This document shows positions 32,681 through 43,045 of a DNA stretch of 44,646 nucleotides, in pieces. The position numbers and the translations under genes are program-made. The stretch is from Bdellovibrionota bacterium. Its GTDB lineage: Bacteria > Bdellovibrionota_C > UBA2361 > JBGSMV01. Below the pieces are notes generated by a model, which had not been told where the DNA came from, did no database searches, and saw only the letters and a list, made by a program, of their open reading frames with translations. The stretch's first letter is position 1; each line of letters starts with the position of its first letter. Location: positions 1 through 44,646 of the forward strand of contig JBIKWF010000027.1 of NCBI GenBank assembly GCA_044356455.1, written 5' to 3'.

Positions 32681-33106
32681 ATGTTGCAGCCAAAGAGAAC
32701 GAAGTACCGCAAGCAAATGAAGCAGGTACGCCATCTTCAAGGTCGAGAGACCCGCGGTTGTGATTTGGCCTTCGGAGATTTTGGTCTTCGAGCGACCGAG
32801 TCCGGATGGATTACGAACCGCCAGATTGAAGCAAGCCGTATTGCAATCACCCGTTTTGTGAAGCGTGGTGGAAAGGTTTGGATCAAGATTTTCCCCGATA
32901 AGCCTCTGACGAAGAAGCCAGCGGAAACTCGAATGGGTTCCGGAAAGGGATCGGTGGAGGAGTGGGTAGCCGAGGTGCGCGCAGGTCGTGTTCTTTTTGA
33001 GATGACCGGCGTTACCAAGGAGATTGCGGAAGAGGCGTTTCGTCGTGCTGCATCGAAGTTGCCCCTCAAGGCTAAGTTCTGTCGGCGAAGTGATAATCTG
33101 CTGTAA
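32681..33106 (+). CDS. rplP: 50S ribosomal protein L16
   Basis: [25 protein letters not shown]. Confidence 0.99.
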   Translation: MLQPKRTKYRKQMKQVRHLQGRETRGCDLAFGDFGLRATESGWITNRQIEASRIAITRFVKRGGKVWIKIFPDKPLTKKPAETRMGSGKGSVEEWVAEVRAGRVLFEMTGVTKEIAEEAFRRAASKLPLKAKFCRRSDNLL

Positions 33107-33148
33107 GCGAAAGCCGCGTAAGTTCGGCGGCTGGATTGGAGTTTGTAT

Positions 33149-33367
33149 ATGAAGCGTAGAGATACCATTAAAGAATTAACCCAGCTTACGGCTCAGGACC
33201 TTCAGTCGAAGGCGCGTAGCATGGCTGAAGAGCTCATGAAGCTTAGATTCCGTAAAGCATCTGGTCAGCTTGAGCAGTCGCACAGGATTCCTGAGCTAAG
33301 AAAGAACTTAGCGCGGGTGCAGAGTTTTCTTACTTCAAAGAGTGCAGCTGAGAAAGCAGCTAAGTAA
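33149..33367 (+). CDS. rpmC: 50S ribosomal protein L29
   Basis: ELMKLRF...GQL...RKNLARV pattern; synteny. Confidence 0.95.
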   Translation: MKRRDTIKELTQLTAQDLQSKARSMAEELMKLRFRKASGQLEQSHRIPELRKNLARVQSFLTSKSAAEKAAK

Positions 33368-33443
33368 CGGATAGCAGAACCTCGAAGGGCTCGCTTTTTT
33401 AAGGCCCGAGAGAAGAAAGATTTTTGGTGAATAGGGAAGTGGC

Positions 33444-33740
33444 ATGAACGCTCAAACTGGACAGACTGGAACTACTTCTTCCGAGGATACTCGAGGAAGA
33501 CAAAAAACCCGCGTAGGCGTGGTCGTAAGCAACAAGATGGATAAGACCATTGTTGTAGCCGTCATGCGTCAGGTCATGCACCCTAAGTACGGGAAGTTTG
33601 TACGACGTACGAGCAAGTTCTATGCGCACGACGAGAAGAAGGCCTGCGCCGTCGGTGACGAAGTGCGGATCATGGAGACCAGACCCATGAGCCGATTGAA
33701 GCGTTGGAAGCTTGTCGAGATCGTGAAGAAGTCTGATTAG
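33444..33740 (+). CDS. rpsQ: 30S ribosomal protein S17
   Basis: [30 protein letters not shown]. Confidence 0.98.
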   Translation: MNAQTGQTGTTSSEDTRGRQKTRVGVVVSNKMDKTIVVAVMRQVMHPKYGKFVRRTSKFYAHDEKKACAVGDEVRIMETRPMSRLKRWKLVEIVKKSD

Positions 33741-33905
33741 TTTTTAGCCTGACAGATTCTCTCGTGAGCATAGGTCGCTCACAGGTTAATCCGGATAGGT
33801 TTAGTAAAATTGAAACGCGAACGCTAAGGTAGAGAAAGGTTCGCAGAGTGAAGGCACTGGAGCGGTTCAGTAGTAGAGCTGTTAGGTGCTGAAGGAAGGT
33901 AAGTC

Positions 33906-34274
33906 ATGATTCAGTTAAAGTCTCTCCTCGAGGTAGCGGACAATTCAGGCGCCAAAAAAGTCGTCTGTATTAAAGTGTTCGGTGGATCCCGCAGACGTTA
34001 TGCGACGGTGGGAGACAAGATTAAGGTGGCCGTAAAAGAAGCCATGCCCAATAGCAAAATTGCCAAGGGTTCGGTTCATAACGCGGTGATCGTGCGTACG
34101 GCGAAGGAAGTTCGTCGCGATGATGGTTCATACATTCGATTTGATGAGAACAGTGCGGTTCTTATCGACGCAAACGGTGAGCCAGTTGGTACGCGTATCT
34201 TCGGACCAGTTGCTCGTGAGCTGCGTGCGAAGAAGTTTATGAAAATTGTATCGCTTGCACCTGAAGTCCTCTAG
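33906..34274 (+). CDS. rplN: 50S ribosomal protein L14
   Basis: [28 protein letters not shown]. Confidence 0.99.
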   Translation: MIQLKSLLEVADNSGAKKVVCIKVFGGSRRRYATVGDKIKVAVKEAMPNSKIAKGSVHNAVIVRTAKEVRRDDGSYIRFDENSAVLIDANGEPVGTRIFGPVARELRAKKFMKIVSLAPEVL

Positions 34275-34382
34275 GAGTTGCGGCTCAAGGGGCAGGAAAG
34301 TGCGGTAGAAAATTACGTTCTGAAAGTGCGAGAGCGCGGAGAATCGAAGAACGCGCAGTTAGGGATTAGGAGATAGTGAAGT

Positions 34383-34766
34383 ATGGCTAAAGCGAATAAA
34401 AAAGCAGCGAGCCAAGTGGCCGTCAAGACCCGCCTCAAGAAGGGCGACACCGTCATGGTGATGTCAGGTGGCAACAAGAAAACCCGTCCCATCAAGGGCC
34501 AGACCGGGAAGATCTTAAAGTTCGTAGACAACGGACAGCGTGCAATTGTTGAAGGTCTCAATACGGTGACCCGTCATCAGCGCGCCAAGGGTCCGTCAAA
34601 GCCTGCGGGAAAGATTGTAAAAGAGGCTCCCATGCAGGTTTCTCGCCTTATGTACTATGTCGAGAAGATTAAGCGTCCCGTTCGCTTGACGGTAAGCTTT
34701 CTTGCAGATGGCACGAAGGTGCGTGGCTACAAGGATCCAGAAACGAAAAAATTTGTGCAGCTCTAG
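34383..34766 (+). CDS. rplX: 50S ribosomal protein L24
   Basis: LKKGDTV KOW motif, VEGLN, EAPM; synteny. Confidence 0.95.
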   Translation: MAKANKKAASQVAVKTRLKKGDTVMVMSGGNKKTRPIKGQTGKILKFVDNGQRAIVEGLNTVTRHQRAKGPSKPAGKIVKEAPMQVSRLMYYVEKIKRPVRLTVSFLADGTKVRGYKDPETKKFVQL

Positions 34767-34856
34767 TCTGGTGAGAGCGTAAGGCTTGGCACTGAAAGCG
34801 AGTGTGCAAGAGAGAAGTTTTTCAAATAAAGCAATGTGCTTTGTAAAGGCGATGGT

Positions 34857-35486
34857 ATGACAGGGTCAGGAAATACAGGGTCAAGTAAGTTGGCATCAGC
34901 TAACTCAAGACTGCAGAAGCATTACGAGACGAAGGTGGTGCCCGCGCTCATGGAGCAGTTCAAATATTCTTCTCCGATGCAGGTTCCTAAGATTCTGAAG
35001 ATTGTCATCAACACCGGAGTTGGTGAGGTCACTTCGAATCCTAAGGCGATTGAGCATGTGGTCTATGCTACCACTCAGATTTCAGGTCAGAAGCCGATGG
35101 TTTCTCGTTCACGGAAGTCAATTGCTGCTTTCAAGCTCCGTACGGGACTCCCGATCGGTTGCATGGTAACCCTTCGCAAGCAGCGTATGTACGATTTTCT
35201 TGATCGTTTAATTTCTGTTGCTCTTCCTCGCGTGCGCGACTTCCGTGGAATTCCGATTAAGGGATTTGATGGTCGTGGCAACTACACGATGGGTGTCAAG
35301 GAGTCGATTGTATTCCCTGAAGTGGTAATCGATAAAATGGATAAAGTCCGTGGTATGGACATTACCTTCGTTACCACGGCAGAAACTGATGATGAGGGTC
35401 GTGCTCTTCTTCAGCACATGGGCATGCCGTTTAGGCACGCTACGGTTAAGGAAGGTGCGGGCGAGCAGGGTAGTCAAGCTGCCTAA
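34857..35486 (+). CDS. rplE: 50S ribosomal protein L5
   Basis: [38 protein letters not shown]. Confidence 0.98.
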   Translation: MTGSGNTGSSKLASANSRLQKHYETKVVPALMEQFKYSSPMQVPKILKIVINTGVGEVTSNPKAIEHVVYATTQISGQKPMVSRSRKSIAAFKLRTGLPIGCMVTLRKQRMYDFLDRLISVALPRVRDFRGIPIKGFDGRGNYTMGVKESIVFPEVVIDKMDKVRGMDITFVTTAETDDEGRALLQHMGMPFRHATVKEGAGEQGSQAA

Positions 35487-35541
35487 GCTCGTAAGAGGTG
35501 GCTCGCAAGACGACAAATATTTGATTTTGGAGAATGTGTAA

Positions 35542-35727
35542 GTGGCAAAGAAGTGCTTAAGGCTCAAGCAGCAAGAGAAGCCGAAATTCGTGGTACGTGG
35601 ATACACCCGTTGTCAGGTCTGTGGCCGAGCTCGGTCTGTGTACCGCAAGTTTAAGCTTTGCAGAATTTGTCTACGTCAGTTCGCGCACCGTGGAATGATC
35701 CCCGGGATGATCAAAGCGAGCTGGTAA
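35542..35727 (+). CDS. rpsZ: 30S ribosomal protein S14, short Zn-binding type
   Basis: 61 aa, CQVC...CRIC zinc motif, IPG..KASW; GTG start with GGAG. Confidence 0.97.
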   Translation: MAKKCLRLKQQEKPKFVVRGYTRCQVCGRARSVYRKFKLCRICLRQFAHRGMIPGMIKASW

Positions 35728-35905
35728 GAGTTTGGGTGAGCACTAAGTAGCCTGACTAAGAGTCTTTCTCTTAGAGCAGAGATGTTTGTTTGATTTCAAA
35801 GTTCCTGTCGAAAGGTCTTTTGACTGAGTTTTTTAGCTGGGGGGAGAGCCCACAGTGATAAAGAGTCGGCGATAAAGAGTCAGCGGCAGGGGGAAGGAAA
35901 GCGTT

Positions 35906-36307
35906 ATGGTAACTGATACGATTGCTGATTGCCTCACGAGGATTCGTAATTCTCAGAGAGCAGGACATAAGTCTGCCAAGGTGATGTTCACCAAGCAGGT
36001 GAAGGCTATTCTTGAAGTTCTTACTTCTGAAGGCTTTGTCGAAGGCTTTGAGGCTCGCAAGGGTGAGACGATTAAGGAGAATTGCTACGAGGTATTCCTC
36101 AAGTATTTTTCTCCTGGTGAGCCTCAGATTACGCTCATTCGCCGCGTCAGTAAGCCTGGTCGCCGTGTGTATCAGCGCTGTGAAGATTTACAGAAGGTCA
36201 GAGCCGGTCTTGGTATTAACCTTGTATCGACCTCTCAGGGCGTAATGTCGGATCGTGAAGCCCGCCGTAGAAAGCTCGGTGGAGAGTTGTTGGCGCAAGT
36301 GGCGTAA
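35906..36307 (+). CDS. rpsH: 30S ribosomal protein S8
   Basis: DTIADCLTRIRN, RVSKPGRRVY, STSQGVM, GGEL. Confidence 0.98.
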   Translation: MVTDTIADCLTRIRNSQRAGHKSAKVMFTKQVKAILEVLTSEGFVEGFEARKGETIKENCYEVFLKYFSPGEPQITLIRRVSKPGRRVYQRCEDLQKVRAGLGINLVSTSQGVMSDREARRRKLGGELLAQVA

Positions 36308-36440
36308 GGTTTTTAGCTCGTAGCGAGCCCTTGAGATTCAGGAGCTCGTAGAGAAGACGCCCTTGGGAATAGGTTCCTCGGGGGTAGGTCGCTCTAGAAA
36401 GTAATCTAGAGAGAAAGTGGATCCAGAAAGGTAGCATCGT

Positions 36441-36977
36441 ATGTCTCGTATTGGAAAAATGCCCGTAGAGATTCCCTCCGGAGTAAAGGTAGCGGTAGCG
36501 AACGGCTCGGTGAATGTTGAGGGCCCACTGGGGAAACTTCAGTACTCTCCTCACAACGACATCAAAGTTGCAGTTGAAGGATCCACCATTGTTTTTAGCC
36601 TCGTGCGTGACAACCGCCAGTCTCGTGCGACGTGGGGTTCTACACGCGCTCACCTTAACAACATGGTGAAGGGCGTAAGTAAAGGCTGGAAGAAGTCGCT
36701 TGAGTTTAACGGCGTTGGTTACGGCGCCAAGGTTCAGGGACCTAAGCTCGTTCTCACGGTCGGCTTTTCGCATGACGTTGAGTTCGAGATTCCTAAAGGT
36801 ATCAAGTGTGTCATGACCAAGAACGTCTTGGACATGGAGTCTGTTGATAGAGAGAGTCTTGGGACATTTGCATCCAAGGTTCGCAAGGTACAGCCTCCTG
36901 AGCCGTATCTTGGTAAGGGTATTAAGTACTCGGATGAGGTTGTCCGTCGTAAGGCTGGTAAGACTGGTAAGAAGTAA
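36441..36977 (+). CDS. rplF: 50S ribosomal protein L6
   Basis: MSRIGKMP, GVGY, PPEPYLGKGIKY, RRKAGK. Confidence 0.99.
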   Translation: MSRIGKMPVEIPSGVKVAVANGSVNVEGPLGKLQYSPHNDIKVAVEGSTIVFSLVRDNRQSRATWGSTRAHLNNMVKGVSKGWKKSLEFNGVGYGAKVQGPKLVLTVGFSHDVEFEIPKGIKCVMTKNVLDMESVDRESLGTFASKVRKVQPPEPYLGKGIKYSDEVVRRKAGKTGKK

Positions 36978-37093
36978 AGTAGTCGCGTTTAAGGGAGTTC
37001 TCTTCCTTAGAATGCGGTTCGCTTCTTGGCCTGTAGAAGGTTACCGAGAGATAGCGACGGGAATTGGACGGTTTGATTTATTGAGATGACGGT

Positions 37094-37555
37094 ATGGCAA
37101 TCAAGTCAAAAAAAGTGCGGCTTAGTACCCGCGAGAAAAATAAGTTTCGTATTCGTAAGAGACTCTCAGGCAGCGCTGAAAGGCCTCGCTTGAGCGTTTT
37201 CAGAAGTGGTAAACACATCTACGCTCAAATTATATCTGACGTAACTGGAGTTACTCTTGCGAGCGCCTCTTCGTTGGACAAAGAGGTAATGGGAACGGTT
37301 GCAGCGGTTGCTGCTTCTTTCATCGCAGCGAGCGAGAAGAAGAATGCCGAGGACCCTGATGCGGGTGCCATCAACGTAAACTCAGCCCGAAGCTCAAAGA
37401 GCATGGCTGCGGCCCTCGCGGTAGGGAAGGTGGTTGCGGAACGCGCCATTAAGAACCAGATCAAGCAGGTGGTTTTCGATAGAAACGGTTTCGTTTACCA
37501 CGGGCGGATTCGGGCGGTCGCAGAAGGCGCTCGGATGGGTGGATTGGATTTCTAA
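37094..37555 (+). CDS. rplR: 50S ribosomal protein L18 (with internal insertion)
   Basis: [37 protein letters not shown]. Confidence 0.97.
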   Translation: MAIKSKKVRLSTREKNKFRIRKRLSGSAERPRLSVFRSGKHIYAQIISDVTGVTLASASSLDKEVMGTVAAVAASFIAASEKKNAEDPDAGAINVNSARSSKSMAAALAVGKVVAERAIKNQIKQVVFDRNGFVYHGRIRAVAEGARMGGLDF

Positions 37556-37605
37556 GCGAAGTAGTTTCTAAGCAGATAAATTTCTTAGCATAGCAATTTC
37601 TTAGC
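37549..37605. repeat. Four-copy 16-bp tandem repeat forming the rplR-rpsE spacer
   Basis: tttctWagc core at 37549, 37565, 37581, 37597; first copy contains the rplR stop codon. Confidence 0.8.
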
Positions 37606-37621
37606 AGAGTAAGGGGCACAC

Positions 37622-38158
37622 ATGAGTTTGCATGATCGCTTGTTTCGTCGTCGGGTTCGCGTAGATGAGTGCGGCGAAATCAAGGAGAAGACAGTTTCAA
37701 TTAGTCGTACGTCGAAGACCGTAAAAGGTGGTCGTCGTTTCGGCTTCAGCGCACTGATTGTGGCAGGAGATGGCCGCGGTCACGTAGGTTATGGCCTTGG
37801 GAAATCAAATGAGGTTCCCGATGCTATTCGTAAGGGAACTGACCAGGCTCGTAAGGGCATGATTCGAGTGCCTCTCAAAGGAACAACTGTTCCTCATGAC
37901 GTGGTCGGTAAGTTTGGTCCTACCGAAGTCATGATTAAGCCTGGTTCTCCTGGTACTGGCGTTATTGCCGGTTCCGCAGTGAGAACAGTTCTCGAGGCGG
38001 TTGGTGTAAGAGACGTAAGAACCAAAGTGAATGGTTCGACGAACCCTTACAACGTTCTTTATGCGACCTTTAACGCGCTTCTCTCTCTCAAAGAGCCAGA
38101 GGCTATCGCGCTCGGTCGCGGAAGTTCGCTTGAGGAGCTCGGGTACGCCCCTTTTTAG
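37622..38158 (+). CDS. rpsE: 30S ribosomal protein S5
   Basis: KTVKGGRRFGFSAL, EVPDAIRK, PGTGVIAG, GSTNPYN. Confidence 0.98.
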   Translation: MSLHDRLFRRRVRVDECGEIKEKTVSISRTSKTVKGGRRFGFSALIVAGDGRGHVGYGLGKSNEVPDAIRKGTDQARKGMIRVPLKGTTVPHDVVGKFGPTEVMIKPGSPGTGVIAGSAVRTVLEAVGVRDVRTKVNGSTNPYNVLYATFNALLSLKEPEAIALGRGSSLEELGYAPF

Positions 38159-38319
38159 TCCTCTAAGGGAGCCCGCTCTGGCGTGAGAGTCTCGAGTTAG
38201 ATCTCGAGTCTCAAATCATGGTAGGGTAGCAGCCCCGGGAATTGCCGCTCTGCTTGGAGAGGCGGGCCGCGTAGGCGGGGACGGAGTGAGATAGTAGTTT
38301 TCGAAGTGAGTATAGACTT

Positions 38320-38553
38320 ATGGCAGCGAAAATCATGGCGGCGAAGAGTGGCGCAGAGAAGAACACGGCTGTGAAGCGCATAGTGGTAAAGCAAGTGAAG
38401 AGCCAGATTGGGCGTGACGTGACTGTGCGTAATGCGCTTAAGTCTCTTGGCCTTGGCCGCATTGGCAAGTCTAAGGAGTTCAATGTGGGGCCTGAAGTGG
38501 TTGGCATTATTCGCCAGGTCTCGCACTTGGTGACCATTAACGACGTAAAGTAG
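38320..38553 (+). CDS. rpmD: 50S ribosomal protein L30
   Basis: VKSQIGR, LKSLGL, VSHLV; start could be 38335. Confidence 0.93.
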   Translation: MAAKIMAAKSGAEKNTAVKRIVVKQVKSQIGRDVTVRNALKSLGLGRIGKSKEFNVGPEVVGIIRQVSHLVTINDVK

Positions 38554-38612
38554 TGTCACCTACGTATAACAAGACCTAACAGAAGTTTGATATCGGAAGG
38601 AGCCATAAGGCT

Positions 38613-39083
38613 ATGAGGACTTTAAATCTTTCAACATTGAAGGCTCCCGAAGGAGCTCGTAAGCGCAATAAGCGCGTTGGTTGTGGTGAAGGATCTGGCC
38701 ACGGAAAGACAAGTTGCCGAGGTGGAAAGGGTCAAACTGCGCGTAACGGCGGCGGTGTTCGTCCTGGATTTGAGGGTGGACAGATGCCTCTTTACCGCAG
38801 AATTCCTAAGCACGGTTTCAGGTCTCAGGGTAAGGTTCTTGGAAACACGTCTTGGGCAGTGGTGAATCTCTCAGTTCTTGAGACATTCGACGCGGGTGCA
38901 ACGGTAGACATCGCTGCGCTGAAAGCTAAGGGATATGTTGCTGACGTGCGCCATCATCAGGGCGTAAAGATCCTTGGGACGGGCGAGCTCACCAAAAAGC
39001 TTACCCTCAAGGTTCATGCTATCTCCGGTTCTGCTCGCCAGAAGATTGAAGCGGCAGGCGGAGCAGTAGAGATTGTAAGCTAA
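38613..39083 (+). CDS. rplO: 50S ribosomal protein L15
   Basis: GSGHGKT, KGQTAR, GFEGGQMPLYRRIPK, VKILGTG, KIEAAGG. Confidence 0.98.
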   Translation: MRTLNLSTLKAPEGARKRNKRVGCGEGSGHGKTSCRGGKGQTARNGGGVRPGFEGGQMPLYRRIPKHGFRSQGKVLGNTSWAVVNLSVLETFDAGATVDIAALKAKGYVADVRHHQGVKILGTGELTKKLTLKVHAISGSARQKIEAAGGAVEIVS

Positions 39084-39174
39084 GAAGAAGCTCAACTGTT
39101 ACTGTCGCTGGCAGTGTCGGCAGTTTAGCAGTGCAATTGAGACTATTTCTTAGTTTGAGTGAGTCTCTAAGATT

Positions 39175-39270
39175 CCTCAAAACAGAACGGGCTCAGAGAA
39201 CACAGAAGATAAGGAAGTGAAATATTCCCTTATCCCCTGTGGGCTTTGAGTCCGTTTTTGTTATTTGAGG
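39175..39270 (+). repeat. Long imperfect inverted repeat (about 96 nt hairpin)
   Basis: cctcaa-aacagaacgggctcagag-aa-cacag-aa-gataagg pairs with ccttatc-cc-ctgtg-gg-ctttgagtccgtttttgtt-at-ttgagg; several G-U pairs on the + strand. Confidence 0.8.
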
Positions 39271-39285
39271 CTCTGTTTTCTTACC

Positions 39286-39423
39286 TTAGGAATCTCTCAA
39301 AGAAATCTGCGCGGTGAACTCTGAGCGCTCTGTGGTTGATTTAAATTATTCAAAAAAACCGCAGAGGACGCAGAGTTCACTGAGAGAAAAATAAAATGGC
39401 GAGGTTTTTCAGAGGTTCCCTAA
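39286..39423. mobile_element. Putative MITE: imperfect terminal inverted repeats enclosing a 9-nt-periodic palindrome
   Basis: Ends ttaggaatctctcaaaga and (rev. comp.) ttagggaacctctgaaaaa, TA at both borders; inner arms gtgaactctg-agcg-ctctgtggtt / aaccgcagag-gacg-cagagttcac; related half copy at 1132..1180. Confidence 0.55.
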
Positions 39424-39790
39424 ATCACCACCTACATGTTTTCACTGGTCCCTAGGGAACTTTCGATACACGACCGTTACTTCTTACAGAAGAAGAGGAC
39501 TTCCAGCTGGTGGAATGGCCTTTGCCATGTGAGAAATGTGAGCTGAACAGTGGAGTTTGTTACAGGTAATTCCTTTTAATCAATCGTTTTTCATGTCATG
39601 TACCATGTCAGGTGCCATGTCATGTACATGGGGGGTTCCGAGTAGGGCCCTGACCCACTGCCACTACCGCAGGTAGTGGTAGAAATTTTCTAAGGGATAG
39701 AATTCTAGGTAGCGAGGGCTCCTACGTAGCGACAAGACACGTGCTGAGACTCTCACTAAGACAAGCGATTTTAATGCTAAGGACTGCCAT

Positions 39791-41131
39791 ATGATTGGAA
39801 GTATTGGGGAGATAGGAAAGATTCCTGAGCTCCGTAAGCGCCTTTTCTTCACTCTTGCGCTTCTTGCCGTGTATCGGCTTGGTGTTCACGTATCGACTCC
39901 TGGCATCAACGTCGAAGCGCTAAGAAATTTGTTCGAGGGGCAACAAGGCACGCTCCTTGGGCTTATCAACTTATTCTCGGGCGGCGCCCTCGAGCATTTC
40001 TCAATCTTTACCCTTGGAATTGCGCCTTACATTTCAGTTTCGATTATTATCCAGGTTCTTACGCCTACGATTCCTTCGCTTGAGGCCCTCAAGAAGGAAG
40101 GAGAAGCGGGAAGGCGCATTCTCACCAGATATACCAGGCAAGGCACCATACTCCTTGCCCTCGTCCAGTCTCTTGCGATTGCTCATGGACTTGAGGGGCA
40201 GGGACTCGCCCTTTCGCCGGGATGGATGTTCCGAGCTACCACGATAGCAACGCTTACTGCGGGAACTGCTTTCATCATGTGGTTAGGAGAGCAGGTAACG
40301 GAAAAGGGAATTGGAAACGGAATAAGCATCATTATCTTTGCAGGTATTGTGGCTCGTATGCCGCAGGTGCTCGTCGCTACCATCGAGCAAGCGCGTACAG
40401 GAGACATCAGCGGACTTGCAGTGTTTGGAATGTTGGTATTTGCCGTTCTAACCATGTACGGCATCGTGTACGTTGAGCGTTCTCTGCGTCGTATTCCAAT
40501 CCAGTATCCACGCCGCACGGTGGGTAGTCAGGTTACCCAAGCGCAAACCCAATACTTGCCGCTTAAGGTAAATATGTCGGGTGTTATTCCACCGATTTTT
40601 GCTTCGGCGATTATTGTGGTTCCGCTCACCTTCGCTTCGTTTAGTTCTATTGAGGCGGTGCAAGATCTTGCGCCGTATCTGCAACACGGAACATGGAGCT
40701 ACAGTCTTATTTTTGTACTGCTGGTGGTGCTCTTCTGTTATTTCTACACGGCCGTCGTGTTTAATCCCGATGAAGTAGCGGAGAATCTGAAGAAAAATGG
40801 TGGATTCATTCCGACCGTGCGCCCTGGAAAGCAGACCGCCGATTATCTTTATAGTGTGCTCAACCGTTTGACGCTTTGGGGTGCGCTGTACATTGCCATG
40901 GTTTGTATTCTGCCGGAACTTTTGTACCTCAATCTAGGAGCCCCAGATTTTGCTTCCGTTTTTGGTGGTACCGCGATTCTCATCGTGGTGGGCGTGACGC
41001 TCGATACTGCCTCGCAGATTGAATCTCATGTGCTCGCGAAGAACTACGAGTCCTTTATGTCGAAGAGTTCTAAGTCTCTTGGCGGCGCTGGCTCGGCGAG
41101 TCACATGCGATCGCGTCTACTTAGAAGGTAG
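39791..41131 (+). CDS. secY: Preprotein translocase subunit SecY
   Basis: FSIFTLGIAPYI, WLGEQVTEKGIGNG, GVIPPIFA, FIPTVRPG, GGTAILIVVGV. Confidence 0.99.
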   Translation: MIGSIGEIGKIPELRKRLFFTLALLAVYRLGVHVSTPGINVEALRNLFEGQQGTLLGLINLFSGGALEHFSIFTLGIAPYISVSIIIQVLTPTIPSLEALKKEGEAGRRILTRYTRQGTILLALVQSLAIAHGLEGQGLALSPGWMFRATTIATLTAGTAFIMWLGEQVTEKGIGNGISIIIFAGIVARMPQVLVATIEQARTGDISGLAVFGMLVFAVLTMYGIVYVERSLRRIPIQYPRRTVGSQVTQAQTQYLPLKVNMSGVIPPIFASAIIVVPLTFASFSSIEAVQDLAPYLQHGTWSYSLIFVLLVVLFCYFYTAVVFNPDEVAENLKKNGGFIPTVRPGKQTADYLYSVLNRLTLWGALYIAMVCILPELLYLNLGAPDFASVFGGTAILIVVGVTLDTASQIESHVLAKNYESFMSKSSKSLGGAGSASHMRSRLLRR

Positions 41132-41139
41132 AGGGTGCT

Positions 41140-41706
41140 ATGAGAATAGTCTTGCTTGGAGCCCCTGGTGCAGGAAAAGGAACGCAAGCGCTTCTTATTT
41201 GCCAGGCAAAAAAGATCCCGCATATCTCTACGGGAGAGATGATGCGCCAAGCAGTGGCGAAAGCCTCTCCCCTTGGTGCCCGCGTGAAGGGCTATCTTGA
41301 TCGGGGCGAGCTGGTCCCCGATGAAGTCGTAGTGGAAGTAATCAAGGACCGCTTGAGTGCAGAGGACTGTCGTTCGGGATTTCTGCTCGATGGATTTCCT
41401 CGCACGGTTGCCCAAACAAAACGCCTTGATGTCTTGCTCTCCGAAATGGATCTGCCGCTCACCCATGCGGTTAATCTGATGGTCCCGCGGGAAGTTCTTC
41501 TTGAAAGAATTCGCAGTCGCGGAGCCTCGGGTTCAGGTCGCACGGATGATAAAGGTGAAGTCGCGCTGCATCGTTTGACGGTTTTTCTTGAGCAGACAGC
41601 GCCTGCAATTGAGCTCTATAAAGGCCGAAAGATTTATTTTGAGATCGATGGGATTGGCTCGGTAGAGGAAGTGCAGAGCCGAGTTCTTGCGGTGCTCAAG
41701 GACTGA
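41140..41706 (+). CDS. adk: Adenylate kinase, short form without large LID
   Basis: GAPGAGKGTQA, HISTG, GELVPD, LLDGFPRT, R...GRTDD short lid. Confidence 0.97.
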   Translation: MRIVLLGAPGAGKGTQALLICQAKKIPHISTGEMMRQAVAKASPLGARVKGYLDRGELVPDEVVVEVIKDRLSAEDCRSGFLLDGFPRTVAQTKRLDVLLSEMDLPLTHAVNLMVPREVLLERIRSRGASGSGRTDDKGEVALHRLTVFLEQTAPAIELYKGRKIYFEIDGIGSVEEVQSRVLAVLKD

Positions 41707-41977
41707 GCGCCTTGCTCGCTGCAGGGATCATTCTTCTTCGGGTTCTCTCATTTAAACTTCAATTGCTGTCAGATTGTTTCAGGCAAACTGGGGAACCCCC
41801 GAACGGCTCACCCTCAGACCCTTTCATAGGCCCCAGGCTTTGATGAGGACCAGGCAGGGCAGGGGGGCAAATGGTAGTCCCAATGGCAGGATTGGGTCGT
41901 TTTCCATGGGGAGACCACTTTTTAAGGAAATTTGACCTCAAAATGAGGATTTGCGCCCTAGTTTGAGGCGCAGAAAC

Positions 41978-42006
41978 TTGAGATTGGACTGGGAAGTGTG
42001 TACTTT
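41978..42006 (+). promoter_or_regulatory. Putative sigma70 promoter for rpmJ-rpsMKD
   Basis: TTGAGA-N17-TACTTT followed by ACGCGC discriminator, about 370 nt before rpmJ. Confidence 0.45.
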
Positions 42007-42380
42007 ACGCGCTCTCGGCCCTCGAATTTTGTCGTTCGAGTAGGGTGGACCCTAAGGATAGTGGGGAAATCCCCTGAAAATATTAGATATTTCAGGTGGT
42101 TGTGTCAGGTATCCATGTTGCCCGGGCATCGGCTCAGCAGCATTTCTCTTGACCGTTTCTCTGGACCGTTTCTCTGGGGGAATGTTGCGCAAGGGCAATA
42201 TTTCTTTAGGGTAGGAGTTTCTTGAGGGTATTTGTTTCTAGAGGCCATTTTCCTGGGTGAAAATGAGTTCCTGGGCGAAGAATATCGGGAAATTGCGGTA
42301 CCAGGAAGAAAATTTTAGAGCCAAGAAGAAAATTTTAGAGAAGATGCACTTTTAGAGGGGCATCTTGTGTGGAGGATGTC

Positions 42381-42497
42381 GTGAAAGTGAGAGCGTCGGT
42401 CAAGCCAATCTGTGGATATTGCCGTGTGATTCGTCGCAAGGGCAAGCTGTTTGTGACTTGCAGTCGCACCCCTAAGCATAAGCAGCGCCAGGGTTAA
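42381..42497 (+). CDS. rpmJ: 50S ribosomal protein L36 (Zn-binding type); absent from the ORF track
   Basis: Manual translation [41 protein letters not shown] start after GGAGG. Confidence 0.97.
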   Translation: MKVRASVKPICGYCRVIRRKGKLFVTCSRTPKHKQRQG

Positions 42498-42600
42498 TTA
42501 AGTTTGCGTTAATCTGTGTTTACTGGAATCTGTTTTACTGGAATCTGTGTTTAGTGGGTCCGGGTAGGGCTAGAGAAATTTTTTTTGGAGAGTGAGTAAA

Positions 42601-42984
42601 ATGCCTCGTATTGCGGGAGTTGATCTCCCCCGAAATAAGCATGTTGTGTACGCGTTGCCCTACATTGTTGGGATTGGTCTTTCACGTGCGCGTGAAATTT
42701 TGACTGAAGCAAAGATTCCGTACGAGACTCGCACTGACAATCTTACCGAGGATCAGGTCGGTAAAATCAGAACTATTATCGAGCGCAGTTTCAAGGTCGA
42801 AGGTGATCTTCGCCGTGAGACTCAAATGTCGGTGAAGCGTCTTATGGACTTGGGCTGCTACCGCGGTCTTCGTCATCGTAAGGGGCTCCCGGTGCGTGGT
42901 CAGCGAACAAAGACCAATGCGCGTACTCGTAAGGGACCGCGTAAGGCCCCGATTGCGGGCAAGAAGATAGCGACTAAGAAATAG
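42601..42984 (+). CDS. rpsM: 30S ribosomal protein S13
   Basis: [38 protein letters not shown]. Confidence 0.99.
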   Translation: MPRIAGVDLPRNKHVVYALPYIVGIGLSRAREILTEAKIPYETRTDNLTEDQVGKIRTIIERSFKVEGDLRRETQMSVKRLMDLGCYRGLRHRKGLPVRGQRTKTNARTRKGPRKAPIAGKKIATKK

Positions 42985-43045
42985 TTCGTAAAATCTAGTT
43001 CGCTGTTCATTGAAAAGTAGTTTCTAGAAACGTGGAGAATGTACT

